Of a stretch of 64,000 nucleotides of DNA, positions 1-10,054 are shown in pieces. Each line of letters starts with the position of its first letter. The stretch's first letter is position 1. The stretch is from a virus. Its lineage: Duplodnaviria; Caudoviricetes. The notes beneath the pieces are model-generated. The model was given only the letters and a program-made list of their open reading frames with translations. It had not been told where the DNA came from and did not search any database. The stretch lies in the IMG/VR virus record IMGVR_UViG_3300044981_000214. One strand, given 5' to 3'. Both the position numbers and the translations under genes were made by a program.

Positions 1-10
1 ATATAGATGT

Positions 11-355
11 GTGGCGCAGTTCCGTATGCCTAGCGAGCAAGTACTCGATCAATCGCCTGTCGTAGTTGTAATGTTTACCCTAAAAGGGTGTCATTTTTGT
101 ATAGATTTCAAACCGCGATTCCAGAAATTAGCTGCTCCATACGCCGATCTAGTACCGATCGTTATGGCTGATGCCAACGACCCTAAATTTGAGTCTCTGG
201 CCAATCGACTCAACGTTCAAGGCGTTCCTGCTACGTTTGTACTACGCAAGCCAGCAGGTATGATTCGCGTCGACGGTGCCGTCCCAGATAGCCAAGTAAT
301 TTGGCTATTGAATATTGCCGCCCGAGAGATGCGATACCCGAACTCAGCCTTTTAA
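11..355 (+). CDS. thioredoxin-fold protein
   Basis: CxxC (GCHFC) after a hydrophobic beta strand, cis-Pro motif GVPAT, 114 aa. Confidence 0.8.
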   Translation: MAQFRMPSEQVLDQSPVVVVMFTLKGCHFCIDFKPRFQKLAAPYADLVPIVMADANDPKFESLANRLNVQGVPATFVLRKPAGMIRVDGAVPDSQVIWLLNIAAREMRYPNSAF

Positions 356-360
356 GCCGT

Positions 361-597
361 TCAGCAGAATGCCACTGACGCTGCCGCGACTACTATCAGT
401 GTCGCTAATACAATTACGTCCATCATCATATCGAATCGCGTACGCTTGTAGACTTGTACACGACCGGGCCGTTTTACCGTCAATCCTTGACGCGCTTCAT
501 CAGTCAACGTATATTCAATAATCGTGGAGCCGTTCGGCGTCTCTTTAATCACACGCTTACTGACAATAGTTGATTTCATGCCTAGTTTGTACGCCAA
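361..597 (-). CDS. small protein with C-terminal transmembrane segment
   Basis: 78 aa ending in a hydrophobic stretch (VIVLATLIVVAAASVAFC); same strand as neighbours. Confidence 0.5.
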   Translation of the reverse strand: MAYKLGMKSTIVSKRVIKETPNGSTIIEYTLTDEARQGLTVKRPGRVQVYKRTRFDMMMDVIVLATLIVVAAASVAFC

Positions 598-1376
598 TAG
601 ACATAGTGATGTCTAGGTGTTTCGTGGGAGTCCCCGTCGTAGCTATTGGTAAAATGTGCCCACCCATCGCTTGAAATAGCTTCGTTTACGGCCTGTTCGA
701 TATCAATCCCAGCAATTTCAATAGCCTTCTCCGTTGGATTTTCATAGCCCAAATCGTTCAACCACTGCATTGGGTCTTGCGAACGTTCTTCAGCTGTCTT
801 TTCTTTAATTTCTTCAATATACTTGTCGGCGACCGCCGACGGCATGGCCCCAGTTTCTTCGTCGGGTTCAGGGATGTCTATATCCCATCGCTTGGCGTCT
901 TCCCAAAAACGTTCCGGATCATCCTTAGCAATTTCGTTCCAATATTCATCTTCCATCTCAGCGTCTTTGACCCACTCCCGTAATTTAGCTATGTTGATAT
1001 GTCGCGCAATGAAGTCTTGATTGAAAATCTCAGGCTCATTGTTCAAGGTTTCTCGAACTTGATCACGCGCCATTTCTTCAGCGGTCTCTTTTTTTTCGAA
1101 CGCACGATATTCTTTGCGTCCTAGCTTTATTTCATAGCCGTCGTCGGAGTCTGATTCTTCGATATCCAAGTCTGTCGGATCAACGTCCAATGCTCTAGCC
1201 ATATCAAACAAAATCAGGTACTGAATCAGGTGCTGTTCTTCAGCAAGATCCTCGGCGGTCGACAATGCTTGAGCCGCTTCAGAATCATCAGGATCATATT
1301 GACTCAGCAAATCCTCGATATGTTCCTCAGCTTTAGCCTTGGACATAGCAGCGCCTAAAGACTTGCGTCGCATCAT
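582..1376 (-). CDS. acidic hypothetical phage protein with N-terminal RRKSLG tag
   Basis: 264 aa, D/E-rich; basic N-terminus MMRRKSLG-AA; C-terminal DGWAHFTNSYDG motif. Confidence 0.6.
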   Translation of the reverse strand: MMRRKSLGAAMSKAKAEEHIEDLLSQYDPDDSEAAQALSTAEDLAEEQHLIQYLILFDMARALDVDPTDLDIEESDSDDGYEIKLGRKEYRAFEKKETAEEMARDQVRETLNNEPEIFNQDFIARHINIAKLREWVKDAEMEDEYWNEIAKDDPERFWEDAKRWDIDIPEPDEETGAMPSAVADKYIEEIKEKTAEERSQDPMQWLNDLGYENPTEKAIEIAGIDIEQAVNEAISSDGWAHFTNSYDGDSHETPRHHYVYWRTN

Positions 1377-1382
1377 GACGTT

Positions 1383-1901
1383 CTATCGCCAATAAGCTAA
1401 TACTCGACCGAACGAACCATCACCAGACGAGTCACCTGACGAGTCACCTGACGAGTCACCTGATCCATCGTCATAGTTATCATCTGGTGCAATTGGCGTA
1501 GTCACAACAGCTACCGGAGCGGCTGCCGTGTTATATGCAGTAGCTGCACTACCTGGCGTGGTTACAACCGTCATACCTGGCGCTGCAGCCTGTACAGCTA
1601 TACCGTCGGCCTGCCCATAGTTGTTAGCACAGTGAGCAAGCTTAACAAGCCCTGCGAGCGCCGTAATACCGCCTAGAAACAGTGCAGGCGTCCATGCACG
1701 TTCGGTCTTGGCTAGCTTGAATGCGACCCCAAATGTCAGCGTTGTAAGCGCACCGCCGATAATTGCAGCAGGTACACCGACAGCAGCTAATCTATGGCCC
1801 CAATGGCCACGACGGTGGCTATATCCGTTAGAAGATGGCCAATTTTCGGAATCGTAATTACCATCGGATCCATCTCCAAGAATACGTGCTGCTGCCAACA
1901 T
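1383..1901 (-). CDS. putative virion membrane protein (2 TM, SSGD repeats)
   Basis: two hydrophobic helices, Ala/Thr-rich region, ILG at N-terminus and GSFG-R at C-terminus. Confidence 0.6.
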   Translation of the reverse strand: MLAAARILGDGSDGNYDSENWPSSNGYSHRRGHWGHRLAAVGVPAAIIGGALTTLTFGVAFKLAKTERAWTPALFLGGITALAGLVKLAHCANNYGQADGIAVQAAAPGMTVVTTPGSAATAYNTAAAPVAVVTTPIAPDDNYDDGSGDSSGDSSGDSSGDGSFGRVLAYWR

Positions 1902-2227
1902 TATCGAACTCCTTTGCCGATTGACCTGAGCGCTATAGGACTATCAGGTTGCGTTGCGTCGCTTCGAGAAGTTTTCCCGTGAACGCCGTTTTTGACACCG
2001 TTCTTAGCTAACCCATTTGACGTGTTCACTAGTGTCTGTATGACATCAGACGGTTGACCATAACGGCGTTGATGGTGTGCTTGAATAGCCAGCGCTTGTT
2101 CAGTGAGCATGTGATCAAACTCGGCAGTTTGATGATGGTTCTTGCGCCACCACCAACGTTGCCAAATCGAGGCAACGACGATGATCATACAGAACAACCC
2201 CATCGAGATTATGAATGATGTATGCAT
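1901..2227 (-). CDS. hypothetical protein with N-terminal TM helix
   Basis: likely ATG at 2227 abutting the upstream stop; TM followed by WQRWWWRK. Confidence 0.5.
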   Translation of the reverse strand: MHTSFIISMGLFCMIIVVASIWQRWWWRKNHHQTAEFDHMLTEQALAIQAHHQRRYGQPSDVIQTLVNTSNGLAKNGVKNGVHGKTSRSDATQPDSPIALRSIGKGVR

Positions 2228-2228
2228 C

Positions 2229-2435
2229 TTATGCATCTTCCTTGTTGGAAGTTTTGTCAGGAAGAGCCGATTCAGGCGCTTCAAGAATACGCAAGATCAC
2301 GGCATTAAACGTAACGAGTTTATGCATCATCTTGCGCATCTCCATCAATTCCCTTGAGAACATCCACATCAGCCATACACCAAATCCCGTCGGGAACCCC
2401 CACCGCTCGATTAAATTTTGAATAATTTCCCACAC
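2229..2435 (-). CDS. YvrJ-like small membrane protein (holin-like candidate)
   Basis: IQNLIERWGFPTGFGVWLMW followed by a helical or coiled segment, resembling the YvrJ pattern (GFP-x-VxxYLL). Confidence 0.45.
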   Translation of the reverse strand: MWEIIQNLIERWGFPTGFGVWLMWMFSRELMEMRKMMHKLVTFNAVILRILEAPESALPDKTSNKEDA

Positions 2436-2471
2436 TTAACCGACCTTAGGTTGAGGGTTTAACCGAATTAT

Positions 2472-2618
2472 CTACTTGCGAAGCTGTTTGCGCATGCAGG
2501 TAATATATTTGCCGCTTCTTCGGTGCTTGCAAATTTTAGCTGCAGCCTTGAACCGTGCCCTAGCACGTTTCTGAGCTGGACTTGCAGCACGACGGGACTT
2601 ACGACGACGTTTGGCCAT
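2472..2618 (-). CDS. small basic protamine-like protein
   Basis: ATG at 2618 with AGGAG RBS; MAKRRRKSRRAASPAQKRARARFKAAAKICKHRRSGKYITCMRKQLRK. Confidence 0.7.
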   Translation of the reverse strand: MAKRRRKSRRAASPAQKRARARFKAAAKICKHRRSGKYITCMRKQLRK

Positions 2619-2653
2619 TTTGGCTTTGCTCCTGATTTTGAAGGTTGAGAAAA

Positions 2654-2797
2654 TTAACGCCGACGACGCGAACGCCCACCAAGCGCAGCACTCATGCACG
2701 AAGCACGAGCCCGCTTACTGCGACCCTTACACATTTTGGCCGCGCGGCCGAATTTGGTCTGCCACGCGCGTTGAGCTGCACTACGATGCTTTACCAT
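2654..2797 (-). CDS. small basic protein, paralog of 2472-2618 (absent from ORF track)
   Basis: translated by hand: MVKHRSAAQRAWQTKFGRAAKMCKGRSKRARASCMSAALGGRSRRRR (47 aa); AAGGGA RBS; shares SxAQ..F..AAKxCK..CM..L with its neighbour. Confidence 0.75.
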   Translation of the reverse strand: MVKHRSAAQRAWQTKFGRAAKMCKGRSKRARASCMSAALGGRSRRRR

Positions 2798-2941
2798 TTG
2801 ATTTTCCCTTCGTTATTTCTTGACTGCTGAACCGGATGGACGTTGAACTGGACGTGGCTGAGGCTGAGATGGCCTCCGCACACAGCAATTTTTGTTAAAT
2901 GCAGGCGTTGTCATAGCAAATATGATAACACGGATAGCAAG

Positions 2942-2957
2942 GATCGCTACAGCGATC
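2942..2957. promoter_or_regulatory. palindromic motif GATCGC-N4-GCGATC, copy 1
   Basis: GATCGCTACAGCGATC, intergenic, upstream of TATGCT (2969-2974) and ORF 3019. Confidence 0.7.
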
Positions 2958-3018
2958 ACAAGGTTAAGTATGCTATTCTAGATACGCCTCCTTCCCCTAT
3001 CCCGAGGTCTCAACCCCG

Positions 3019-4008
3019 ATGGCTAATATCAATCCCCTCACACTTACTAGTGCCGTCCAGGTTGGTGCAGGCATATATGAATTGATTCTGACCAATTGGG
3101 GTAATCTTGGTACTGCTGCTGAGCCAAACAATGGGTCGATTATTTACCCCTCATTACCGGGCAACCAGGTAACTCTAGCTATTACTCAAAACCTGAGTGC
3201 GTACAGTTTCCCGCCCCCTCAAGGCATGTATGCATTAGCTATCGCTCCACGATCCGATATAGATCGTTGCATAATCAACTACATTAGCCAACCCCAAGCA
3301 GCACCGAGTTTAACTGTCCCGCCACCATTACCCGGTAGTACATTTGCCACGGGTTTTGTTCAGAATGGCGGCATCCTAGAAACGGAACAGGTGTTAAGTA
3401 TCAATAGTCCTCTAATTGGACAGCAAGTAGGCCCATTAGTGATTCGGGCACATCCGTCGACCTTTTTCGGTGATACGTATGTTCAGACAACTACTGGTTC
3501 GTCATTAGCATTCGGAACTAATTCTGGCGTGTTCCTAGGCGGTTTTCCATTTCCGCCTGCAGCCAAGAACATATTTCAGATACCGCAGTTACGATTGCTA
3601 ATGTATACAAGTAGCAAGGCGCCCCTACCACCAACTATTCGTGCCCCTGCAATTTGGGGCTTCTCTGAAGACGTTTCTGGTAATACGACTGAGAAACTGA
3701 TCCGTATTCTGCCTATAAGCGGTAGGACGCAAATTGTGGTTAGTGTTCAGAGCGTCAGTGGTACGTCATTCACGGTAAGACTGACAGGCATGGTCTATCT
3801 TGGAAATAATCCTGCTGCAGGGAACATAGAAATCCCTCTCTTCCCGACTACGACAATAGCTGGATCTGCATCACAGAACATGACTATTTGTTCAAGCGAT
3901 ATCCCTAGTGGCATAACATTCTTATTGATATACATGGAACCTGCACCAGCTGGCGGTGGAGGTAGCGGTATTGGCAATTTCATAATCTCCGCCCAAGATA
4001 TTGGCTAA
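3019..4008 (+). CDS. beta-rich putative structural protein
   Basis: 329 aa, low charge, beta-strand pattern, heads the spike gene cluster. Confidence 0.55.
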   Translation: MANINPLTLTSAVQVGAGIYELILTNWGNLGTAAEPNNGSIIYPSLPGNQVTLAITQNLSAYSFPPPQGMYALAIAPRSDIDRCIINYISQPQAAPSLTVPPPLPGSTFATGFVQNGGILETEQVLSINSPLIGQQVGPLVIRAHPSTFFGDTYVQTTTGSSLAFGTNSGVFLGGFPFPPAAKNIFQIPQLRLLMYTSSKAPLPPTIRAPAIWGFSEDVSGNTTEKLIRILPISGRTQIVVSVQSVSGTSFTVRLTGMVYLGNNPAAGNIEIPLFPTTTIAGSASQNMTICSSDIPSGITFLLIYMEPAPAGGGGSGIGNFIISAQDIG

Positions 4009-4020
4009 AGGTGTAATCCA

Positions 4021-5451
4021 ATGGCACTACCACCTAGCTGTAATCCTGCGATTCTGTCGATCTCGGCAGGGACAACTAATGCTACAGGGCCGCAAGTTGT
4101 TTTTAGTAACTCCAATGGTGTAAGTTTTGGCGTCAGCGGTAATACGGTCACTGCTAGCGTTATTGGAGGCGGAGGTGATACTGACTTAGCTGTTAGTGCT
4201 AACGGTAACAGCGTATCAGCCGGTACACTGGTATTTTCCAATAGCAACAACGTATCGTTCGGAATGGCAGGCAGTACGATCACTGCCTCAGCAACCGCTT
4301 CACAATCGACTGCGCCGAGCGCTCTTGCAGCAGGGACGCAGACAGCTACAAGCGGGACTGTGGTATTTGCAAATTCCAACGGGCTTACGTTTGGAATGAG
4401 CGGAAGCACCCAAATCACTGGGAGCTATTCTCAATCTACCTCTCCTGGTGGGTTAGCGGCGGGCACACAAACGGCGACGTCCGGGACAGTCGTATTTAGC
4501 AATTCCAACAATATCTCATTTGGCATGAGCAACAGCAGTGTTATTACTGCGAGCTTCTCCCAGACGGTTCAACCAGGCGTTACAGCGATCGGCGTCAGCA
4601 ACATAGGCAATACGGCAGGTAATACCGGCACGACACAAGGAACTTACGTATTTGCAGGTGCAGGTGGAGTAACGCTCAGCCAAAGTACAGCAGCCGGATC
4701 ACTAGCAACCTTATCAATCAGTATGGTAGGTCCTGCCGCTATCAGTGCGGCCGGCGCCTCTGCTTCAAGCGGTACAGTTGTATTCAGCAACAGCAACAAC
4801 ATTTCGTTCGGCATGAATGGCAACACTGTTACAGCAAGTGCGAGCGATTTCACGCACTCGTTCCTCTATCCAGCAGGTCAATGGCCCCTGCAACTTACAA
4901 CACAAAACGGCCAGAATTCATTGGTACTGCACGCTATAACTGCGGAACCAGTAGCATTTTCATTGTTCGCACAACGTGTGCTCTGGTCTGGTACATCTAA
5001 CTCAACAGCTACGATTAGCTATACTTTCCAAGTAGGCGTGTATACCAAGAGCATCTCATCAATGTCACTAGTAATGTCGACATCATTTAACGGGTCAATC
5101 AATCACTCGGGCAATATTAACAACAGTTTGTACGCCAGTGAACGTGTTGTGACTGTGGCATGGACAAGTACACTTAACCGCGGCGATTACTATATTGGGC
5201 TACTGTCCAGTACAACATTTTCGAGTCAGAACGTTAACGCGCTAGAAAATATTCTAGGCAGCCAGCCGTCTACTAACTTTGTAGGCGTGCTGGGCAACGT
5301 AACTTCGGCAAGTGTTCAGGAAGTATTGGGCCTAGGCCACTATAGCTTAACGACCGGCGCAATGCCTTCTTCTATAGCCTTTTCCGATATTATCGGCACA
5401 GGTGCTAATGATAGGCGTGCGCCGATATATTACTTTGGCCAGACAGTCTAA
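4021..5451 (+). CDS. spike/fibre protein (stalk repeats plus C-terminal head)
   Basis: 5 copies of AGTQTATSGTVVFSNSNxxxFGM..TAS plus one B-type repeat; ~200-aa head with NRGDYYIG. Confidence 0.75.
   Translation: MALPPSCNPAILSISAGTTNATGPQVVFSNSNGVSFGVSGNTVTASVIGGGGDTDLAVSANGNSVSAGTLVFSNSNNVSFGMAGSTITASATASQSTAPSALAAGTQTATSGTVVFANSNGLTFGMSGSTQITGSYSQSTSPGGLAAGTQTATSGTVVFSNSNNISFGMSNSSVITASFSQTVQPGVTAIGVSNIGNTAGNTGTTQGTYVFAGAGGVTLSQSTAAGSLATLSISMVGPAAISAAGASASSGTVVFSNSNNISFGMNGNTVTASASDFTHSFLYPAGQWPLQLTTQNGQNSLVLHAITAEPVAFSLFAQRVLWSGTSNSTATISYTFQVGVYTKSISSMSLVMSTSFNGSINHSGNINNSLYASERVVTVAWTSTLNRGDYYIGLLSSTTFSSQNVNALENILGSQPSTNFVGVLGNVTSASVQEVLGLGHYSLTTGAMPSSIAFSDIIGTGANDRRAPIYYFGQTV
4521..4725 (+). 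repeat. 205-bp segment shared with 16021-16225
   Basis: collinear at offset 11500; 41-nt perfect stretch (4654-4694 = 16154-16194); differences mostly at third codon positions. Confidence 0.85.
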
Positions 5452-5454
5452 GAT

Positions 5455-8394
5455 TTAGACTTGAATGTAGATTCGCGGTGCTGCTGATGATACGGATGAG
5501 TAGACGAATGGGTTGGGTAAAGCGCCGGTTTGGCTTCCCGTTGCATTTACACCTGCAGTAATCTCGGCTGCCGTCGGAGTCGATGTACCAAAATCAATAT
5601 TGGGCATGATACCTGCGGGGGTGATTGTTCGCAAGGTTGGCTGAGGTGCAGGATTGCCCTGCACGACACCTGCTATCCAGTATACGCCTGGTGTTAATGC
5701 TGTACTAAGTCCAGTAATCGTCAATACACCCGGTACTCCAGGATCTCCAGCGGCTACACTAAATGTACCCGCGTCTAGTAACAATGCGCCCGGGCGTCCC
5801 GTTCCGTCATCGGCATAAATGCCGGCGCGATAAAGCGCCCCTGCACCACCCCCCGTAGTGACCTCGCAAGCTATAGCCTGAACGGTTACAGCATTAGGTA
5901 CCCAAAAAGGTGTAGCCCTCAGTGCACCGTTATTAAGGGTGATGCTAGTAGAGACACTTCCAAAGTTAGGTGCAGCATACCATCTACCGTGCTGCCAATT
6001 GGACGAGTACGGGCCTTGACCAAGAACCTGTCCAATACCTGCAGTTGTTGTCAGAAGCTGCTGCCAGCCGCCTGATAGACCGGTTTGGTTGATAAAAGCA
6101 GTCCCAGCACCTCGGACAATAGCAACTGATCCGATTGGAGCGGCGACGGCTGGAGCTGACGCATAAGAGTATATTGCGATGTCGTTGCCGTTACCTCCAA
6201 TTTGTAAGGGCGCATGAGGGTACCCAAAGTTTGTCGATACGCCACCGCCAAACATTGGGATCGTGCTGTCTGAGCATACATTATCAACAGCAACAGGTAT
6301 AGTTACCGATGTCCGGCCATCAATCTCCCAAGATATGCACGCTGTCATCACTCCAGCGGTGACAGCATGGAAAGTATTCGCGCTTATGTCAGCATAGTTG
6401 CACAGTGTGCCACCTCCAACAGATGCCGTAGCAACACCTATATTGAAATCAGTACACTCATTTCCACGAATGATTGCAGTATCCATGTTCCGAGCTACTG
6501 ACAAATCCAAGAAAATACCGTACTGTGTTGTTGACGCTACGCCAACAAACTCCCATACAACAGTATTGTCAGTGATCGATGATCCAGTTCCTGTCGGTCC
6601 ACCTGAACCTGCACTAGTACCGGGAGCTACTTGATAGACATTACCTCCGTTGTGAACTTCAGTAGGTGTCGATGTGGTGCCTAGGGCATAGACTGTGTTT
6701 GGCGCCCATAACGAGCCGGTCGAGCCAGCGCCAACGTAGTTCCAAACCACAGTGTTGTCGACGATGCCAGAGCCAGTACCTGTCGGGCCTCCGGCACCTG
6801 CGCTAGTACCTGCAATTACTTGATAGACATTGCCACCGTTGGTAACGCGTGTAGCGTTGTTGTAGAACACAGATTCTGCATAAACTGTGTTAGCCTGCCA
6901 CGCTGTTGCTCCAATCGCGAATACGCGATTCCGTTCAGCACGGGCAGTTCCAGACGCTTGCATCACGATACCGTGTGCAGTAGTCGAATTAACGTATATA
7001 GAACAATCACTCACACATAGATTGTCACTTGCTTGTCCACTCTGATTCCCTGCTATTAGCACCGCCTGAGGAGATGTAGCTGTGTCAGCTAATATAACCT
7101 GACAGCGGGAGAACCATACATCTTGCACATTACCTGAAATTTCGATCGGCATCTGTTCGGTTATTGCACTATCAGAGCAATTGATTGAACAGCTATCTAC
7201 TACGATATTAGCGGCATTGTTTACCAAGACACCGCCATTCACGAACACGTCGCGCATCCATCCATTAACGACAAAGTCAATACCGCTTGCGTTATTAGAA
7301 CCTGCAAACTGTACGGCCCAATTCCCAGGAGTACTGTCTACATAACCATGGTCGATAATGATCTCGCCATCTAACTGACTACATTCGACGTGTAATCCGC
7401 CTGCATTGTTGGTGATGTAAAAGTCTCGAACGCTAGAACGATGATCAGTTCCAGCGTCGCCCCATGATATTCCCATCCATTTGTTGTCGTGGATATATAC
7501 GTTGTTGACTATGCAATCGGTACTGTTCTGGAAGAACACGATTCCCGACCCTGTACCGTTACGTAATTCAACATTGCGTACTGTCACACGTTGGCAGTTA
7601 TTCAAAAACACATCGTCGCGATGGTTATTATCAGGTATAGATTGATTTATTTTGTTGCCGTCGTAGGTCAGATTTTCTATGATAAAATCTGAGATCGCAG
7701 TACCCGCTTGATTGCTAAACCCTCGCACACTTGCACGCTGATTAGCCGCTGTTATAATAACGACACCTTCACGGCTCTGTCCAAGCCATGATACGCCCGT
7801 CATCATCTTGATCGTTTGGAAAGCCCCTAGATATTCAGATACCAGATAGGTTCCGTTCGGGAAGTAGACAGTTCCACCGCCCGCTGCGAAGGCTGCAGCA
7901 CCGGCATTGTTTACAGCAATAGTGTCATCAACAATACCCCCACCAGTTGCACCGTATGACCTTACGTTGAAGAACGGCATCTTGGTGACTGCTGCACCAA
8001 GAGGAATAAATTTGGAGGTTGCGGTTGAATACTTAACGCCGATTGTTGCGCCTGGCGGGATAGGCGTTAATTCACTATTGGCTAACGTAAACTGATTTGC
8101 AGCAGCAGAAAGGGTTTGATGTACTAAATTGATATTGAAACTCGTCGAGATATTAGTGATCCAGACAATCTGTCCATCAATAAATCCAGTCGAGTTCAAT
8201 CCAGACAAAGTAGCGTCAGCGGTTAGGTTCTGGTAAATAGTAGAAGTAGTAACCAATCCTGTTGGGTTGTAGTCATTGACAGCCCCGTTGATTGATGCGG
8301 GCGTAATCGAGGCTGCAGCAGAAAGCGCTGTACTTATTTGAAATACCGCTCCGCCGACGTTGTTTAGCTGTCCAATGGTTACTGGTTTTGTCAT
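5455..8394 (-). CDS. tailspike-like depolymerase (pectate-lyase-like right-handed beta-helix) with CBM-like repeats and spike head
   Basis: FNVRSYGATGGGIVDDT..GGGTVYFPNGTYLV entry motif; beta-helix repeats; two WxxNTVY..NGGNVYQV..GPTGTGS..DNTVVW modules; C-terminal LTPGVYWIA head. Confidence 0.8.
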   Translation of the reverse strand: MTKPVTIGQLNNVGGAVFQISTALSAAASITPASINGAVNDYNPTGLVTTSTIYQNLTADATLSGLNSTGFIDGQIVWITNISTSFNINLVHQTLSAAANQFTLANSELTPIPPGATIGVKYSTATSKFIPLGAAVTKMPFFNVRSYGATGGGIVDDTIAVNNAGAAAFAAGGGTVYFPNGTYLVSEYLGAFQTIKMMTGVSWLGQSREGVVIITAANQRASVRGFSNQAGTAISDFIIENLTYDGNKINQSIPDNNHRDDVFLNNCQRVTVRNVELRNGTGSGIVFFQNSTDCIVNNVYIHDNKWMGISWGDAGTDHRSSVRDFYITNNAGGLHVECSQLDGEIIIDHGYVDSTPGNWAVQFAGSNNASGIDFVVNGWMRDVFVNGGVLVNNAANIVVDSCSINCSDSAITEQMPIEISGNVQDVWFSRCQVILADTATSPQAVLIAGNQSGQASDNLCVSDCSIYVNSTTAHGIVMQASGTARAERNRVFAIGATAWQANTVYAESVFYNNATRVTNGGNVYQVIAGTSAGAGGPTGTGSGIVDNTVVWNYVGAGSTGSLWAPNTVYALGTTSTPTEVHNGGNVYQVAPGTSAGSGGPTGTGSSITDNTVVWEFVGVASTTQYGIFLDLSVARNMDTAIIRGNECTDFNIGVATASVGGGTLCNYADISANTFHAVTAGVMTACISWEIDGRTSVTIPVAVDNVCSDSTIPMFGGGVSTNFGYPHAPLQIGGNGNDIAIYSYASAPAVAAPIGSVAIVRGAGTAFINQTGLSGGWQQLLTTTAGIGQVLGQGPYSSNWQHGRWYAAPNFGSVSTSITLNNGALRATPFWVPNAVTVQAIACEVTTGGGAGALYRAGIYADDGTGRPGALLLDAGTFSVAAGDPGVPGVLTITGLSTALTPGVYWIAGVVQGNPAPQPTLRTITPAGIMPNIDFGTSTPTAAEITAGVNATGSQTGALPNPFVYSSVSSAAPRIYIQV

Positions 8395-8409
8395 AATCAA
8401 TATCCTATC

Positions 8410-9561
8410 TTATGATGCGAAAATAAAGAACCGTAGGACATCCCCTGTACTCAGCGTACCGCTGGGAACAACACGGAATGCAGTCAATGCGCGATTCGCC
8501 GTCCCCAACGGCATATCTAGAATCGGCATTAACGAGACTCCAGCTAACCCTGCAAACACGTCGTAATTGGTATTGGCAACGGCTGCCATAGTAACGCTGA
8601 AATCGGTCTCGCCTCCAGTTGCCGTATAGCCAACTACTTTTTGGATACTTGGTTGATAAAACGAGGCTGTAATTACACTGTTGTTGCTCATCCCAAACGT
8701 GACACTATTTGAGTTGCTCAATACTATTGTGCCCGCTGTACCTGTTTGAGTCCCTGCGGCGATACCTCCAAAGGCTGCACTGAATGTTATTGTAGAGGCA
8801 CTATAGCCAACCGAGACGTTGTTGCTATTAGACAGTACTACTGCGCCAGTTGACTGTGTTGCGGTGCCTACAATCATTGCGATACCAGATGCAGTACCGC
8901 CTACAGTCTGCACGGACGCTGTGATTGTAGAACCGACGATTCCAAACGTAACTCCGCCACCATTGGAAAAGAAAACAGCACCGTTAGAGACTTCAGCGTT
9001 GCTAGCGGAAATGGCTTTGATTCCATCAACGGTAGCTGTGACTACGCTGCTATTGTTCATTCCAAATGAGACACCGCTTGCATTCGAGAAAAGAATAGTT
9101 CCTGCAGTACCTGTCTGTGTACCTGCTGCGATACCTCCGAGCGCAGCACTAGCTGTGACAACGCTGTTATTGGACATCCCGAATGAGATGTTATTGCTAT
9201 TGCTAAAGACTACTGTGCCGGTCTGCGCTACTTGCGTCCCAGCACTTATAGCTACCTGCCCTGTACCAGAATTACCGGGTTGTAGAATATACGGTGTAAG
9301 GGTTCCTAAACTGCCCGGCGGTTCTGCGTCCTCAATCGTATGCCAATGTTCAACATAGACCTCTACCGAGGACCCGCCAGAAGCTAGACGAGTGACTGTA
9401 ACGTTGTTCTGATCTGCAATGACAAAGAAGCCTCCCACCTGAGGAAGGACAAGATGTGGCTTTACCGGTACACCGTGTACGTTTAGCAGGTGTGGCAGAC
9501 TTGCTGGAACCCCAACAGCTAGACCTGTGAACGTCAGAACGTTCTTGAGTACAGTCGCCAT
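8410..9561 (-). CDS. spike/fibre protein (LKN-FTGL-LPH adaptor plus 5 stalk repeats)
   Basis: N-terminal VLKNVLTFTGL..LPHLLNV..VEHWHTIE domain shared with 24544, 29834 and 31703; stalk repeats. Confidence 0.75.
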   Translation of the reverse strand: MATVLKNVLTFTGLAVGVPASLPHLLNVHGVPVKPHLVLPQVGGFFVIADQNNVTVTRLASGGSSVEVYVEHWHTIEDAEPPGSLGTLTPYILQPGNSGTGQVAISAGTQVAQTGTVVFSNSNNISFGMSNNSVVTASAALGGIAAGTQTGTAGTILFSNASGVSFGMNNSSVVTATVDGIKAISASNAEVSNGAVFFSNGGGVTFGIVGSTITASVQTVGGTASGIAMIVGTATQSTGAVVLSNSNNVSVGYSASTITFSAAFGGIAAGTQTGTAGTIVLSNSNSVTFGMSNNSVITASFYQPSIQKVVGYTATGGETDFSVTMAAVANTNYDVFAGLAGVSLMPILDMPLGTANRALTAFRVVPSGTLSTGDVLRFFIFAS

Positions 9562-9607
9562 CGGGGGTTATCTAACTCCCTTTGCCACCTCGTAAGTTTA
9601 ACATACA

Positions 9608-9641
9608 ATCCACTAGGATCGCTGTAGCGATCCTAATGGAT
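9608..9641. promoter_or_regulatory. palindromic motif copy 2 (extended inverted repeat)
   Basis: core GATCGCTGTAGCGATC at 9617-9632, arms extend to about 15 bp with one mismatch; upstream of TGtTAAACT on the minus strand. Confidence 0.7.
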
Positions 9642-9660
9642 GTTCCTAGTTCCAGACTAG

Positions 9661-10026
9661 TTACAACGGCTGCGGGAATTCCGCTAGAATCCACCAGTTT
9701 GATACACCGTCACAAACTACCAACATGGAGTTGTATTGGTGAGGCAGTGACTTTGATGCCGAACCATCAATTGTATCTGCTCCGGTTGCAGCAACCGTAA
9801 CGCCGCCCGCAAAGACGTTCTTGATGAAATACGCTCTACCAAGCGACTTAGACGCTTGTGGCAAGGTTACCGTGATCGCTGCAGTTGCCACAATGACTGC
9901 CTGAGGGCCTGTCACGCCTGCACTCCACGCAGTACCTGTTGATACGATTCCCCAATGCTGCCACATCTGGTTAAGCAGTGCGAATCGGCCGAATAACCCC
10001 ATGAAGTCTATTGGATTGCTATTCAT
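9661..10026 (-). CDS. small spike/fibre-module protein
   Basis: ITVTLP..GRAYFIKN..TIDG..YNS..DGVSNWWI pattern typical of phage fibre modules. Confidence 0.6.
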   Translation of the reverse strand: MNSNPIDFMGLFGRFALLNQMWQHWGIVSTGTAWSAGVTGPQAVIVATAAITVTLPQASKSLGRAYFIKNVFAGGVTVAATGADTIDGSASKSLPHQYNSMLVVCDGVSNWWILAEFPQPL

Positions 10027-10054
10027 ATAGATTCTCTTTTCGTTTAAAGGGTTA

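Noticed and set aside
1425-1462. 12-bp tandem repeat GACGAGTCACCT as a regulatory or phase-variable element
   Set aside because: It is an in-frame coding repeat (SSGD), so copy-number change would not shift the frame.
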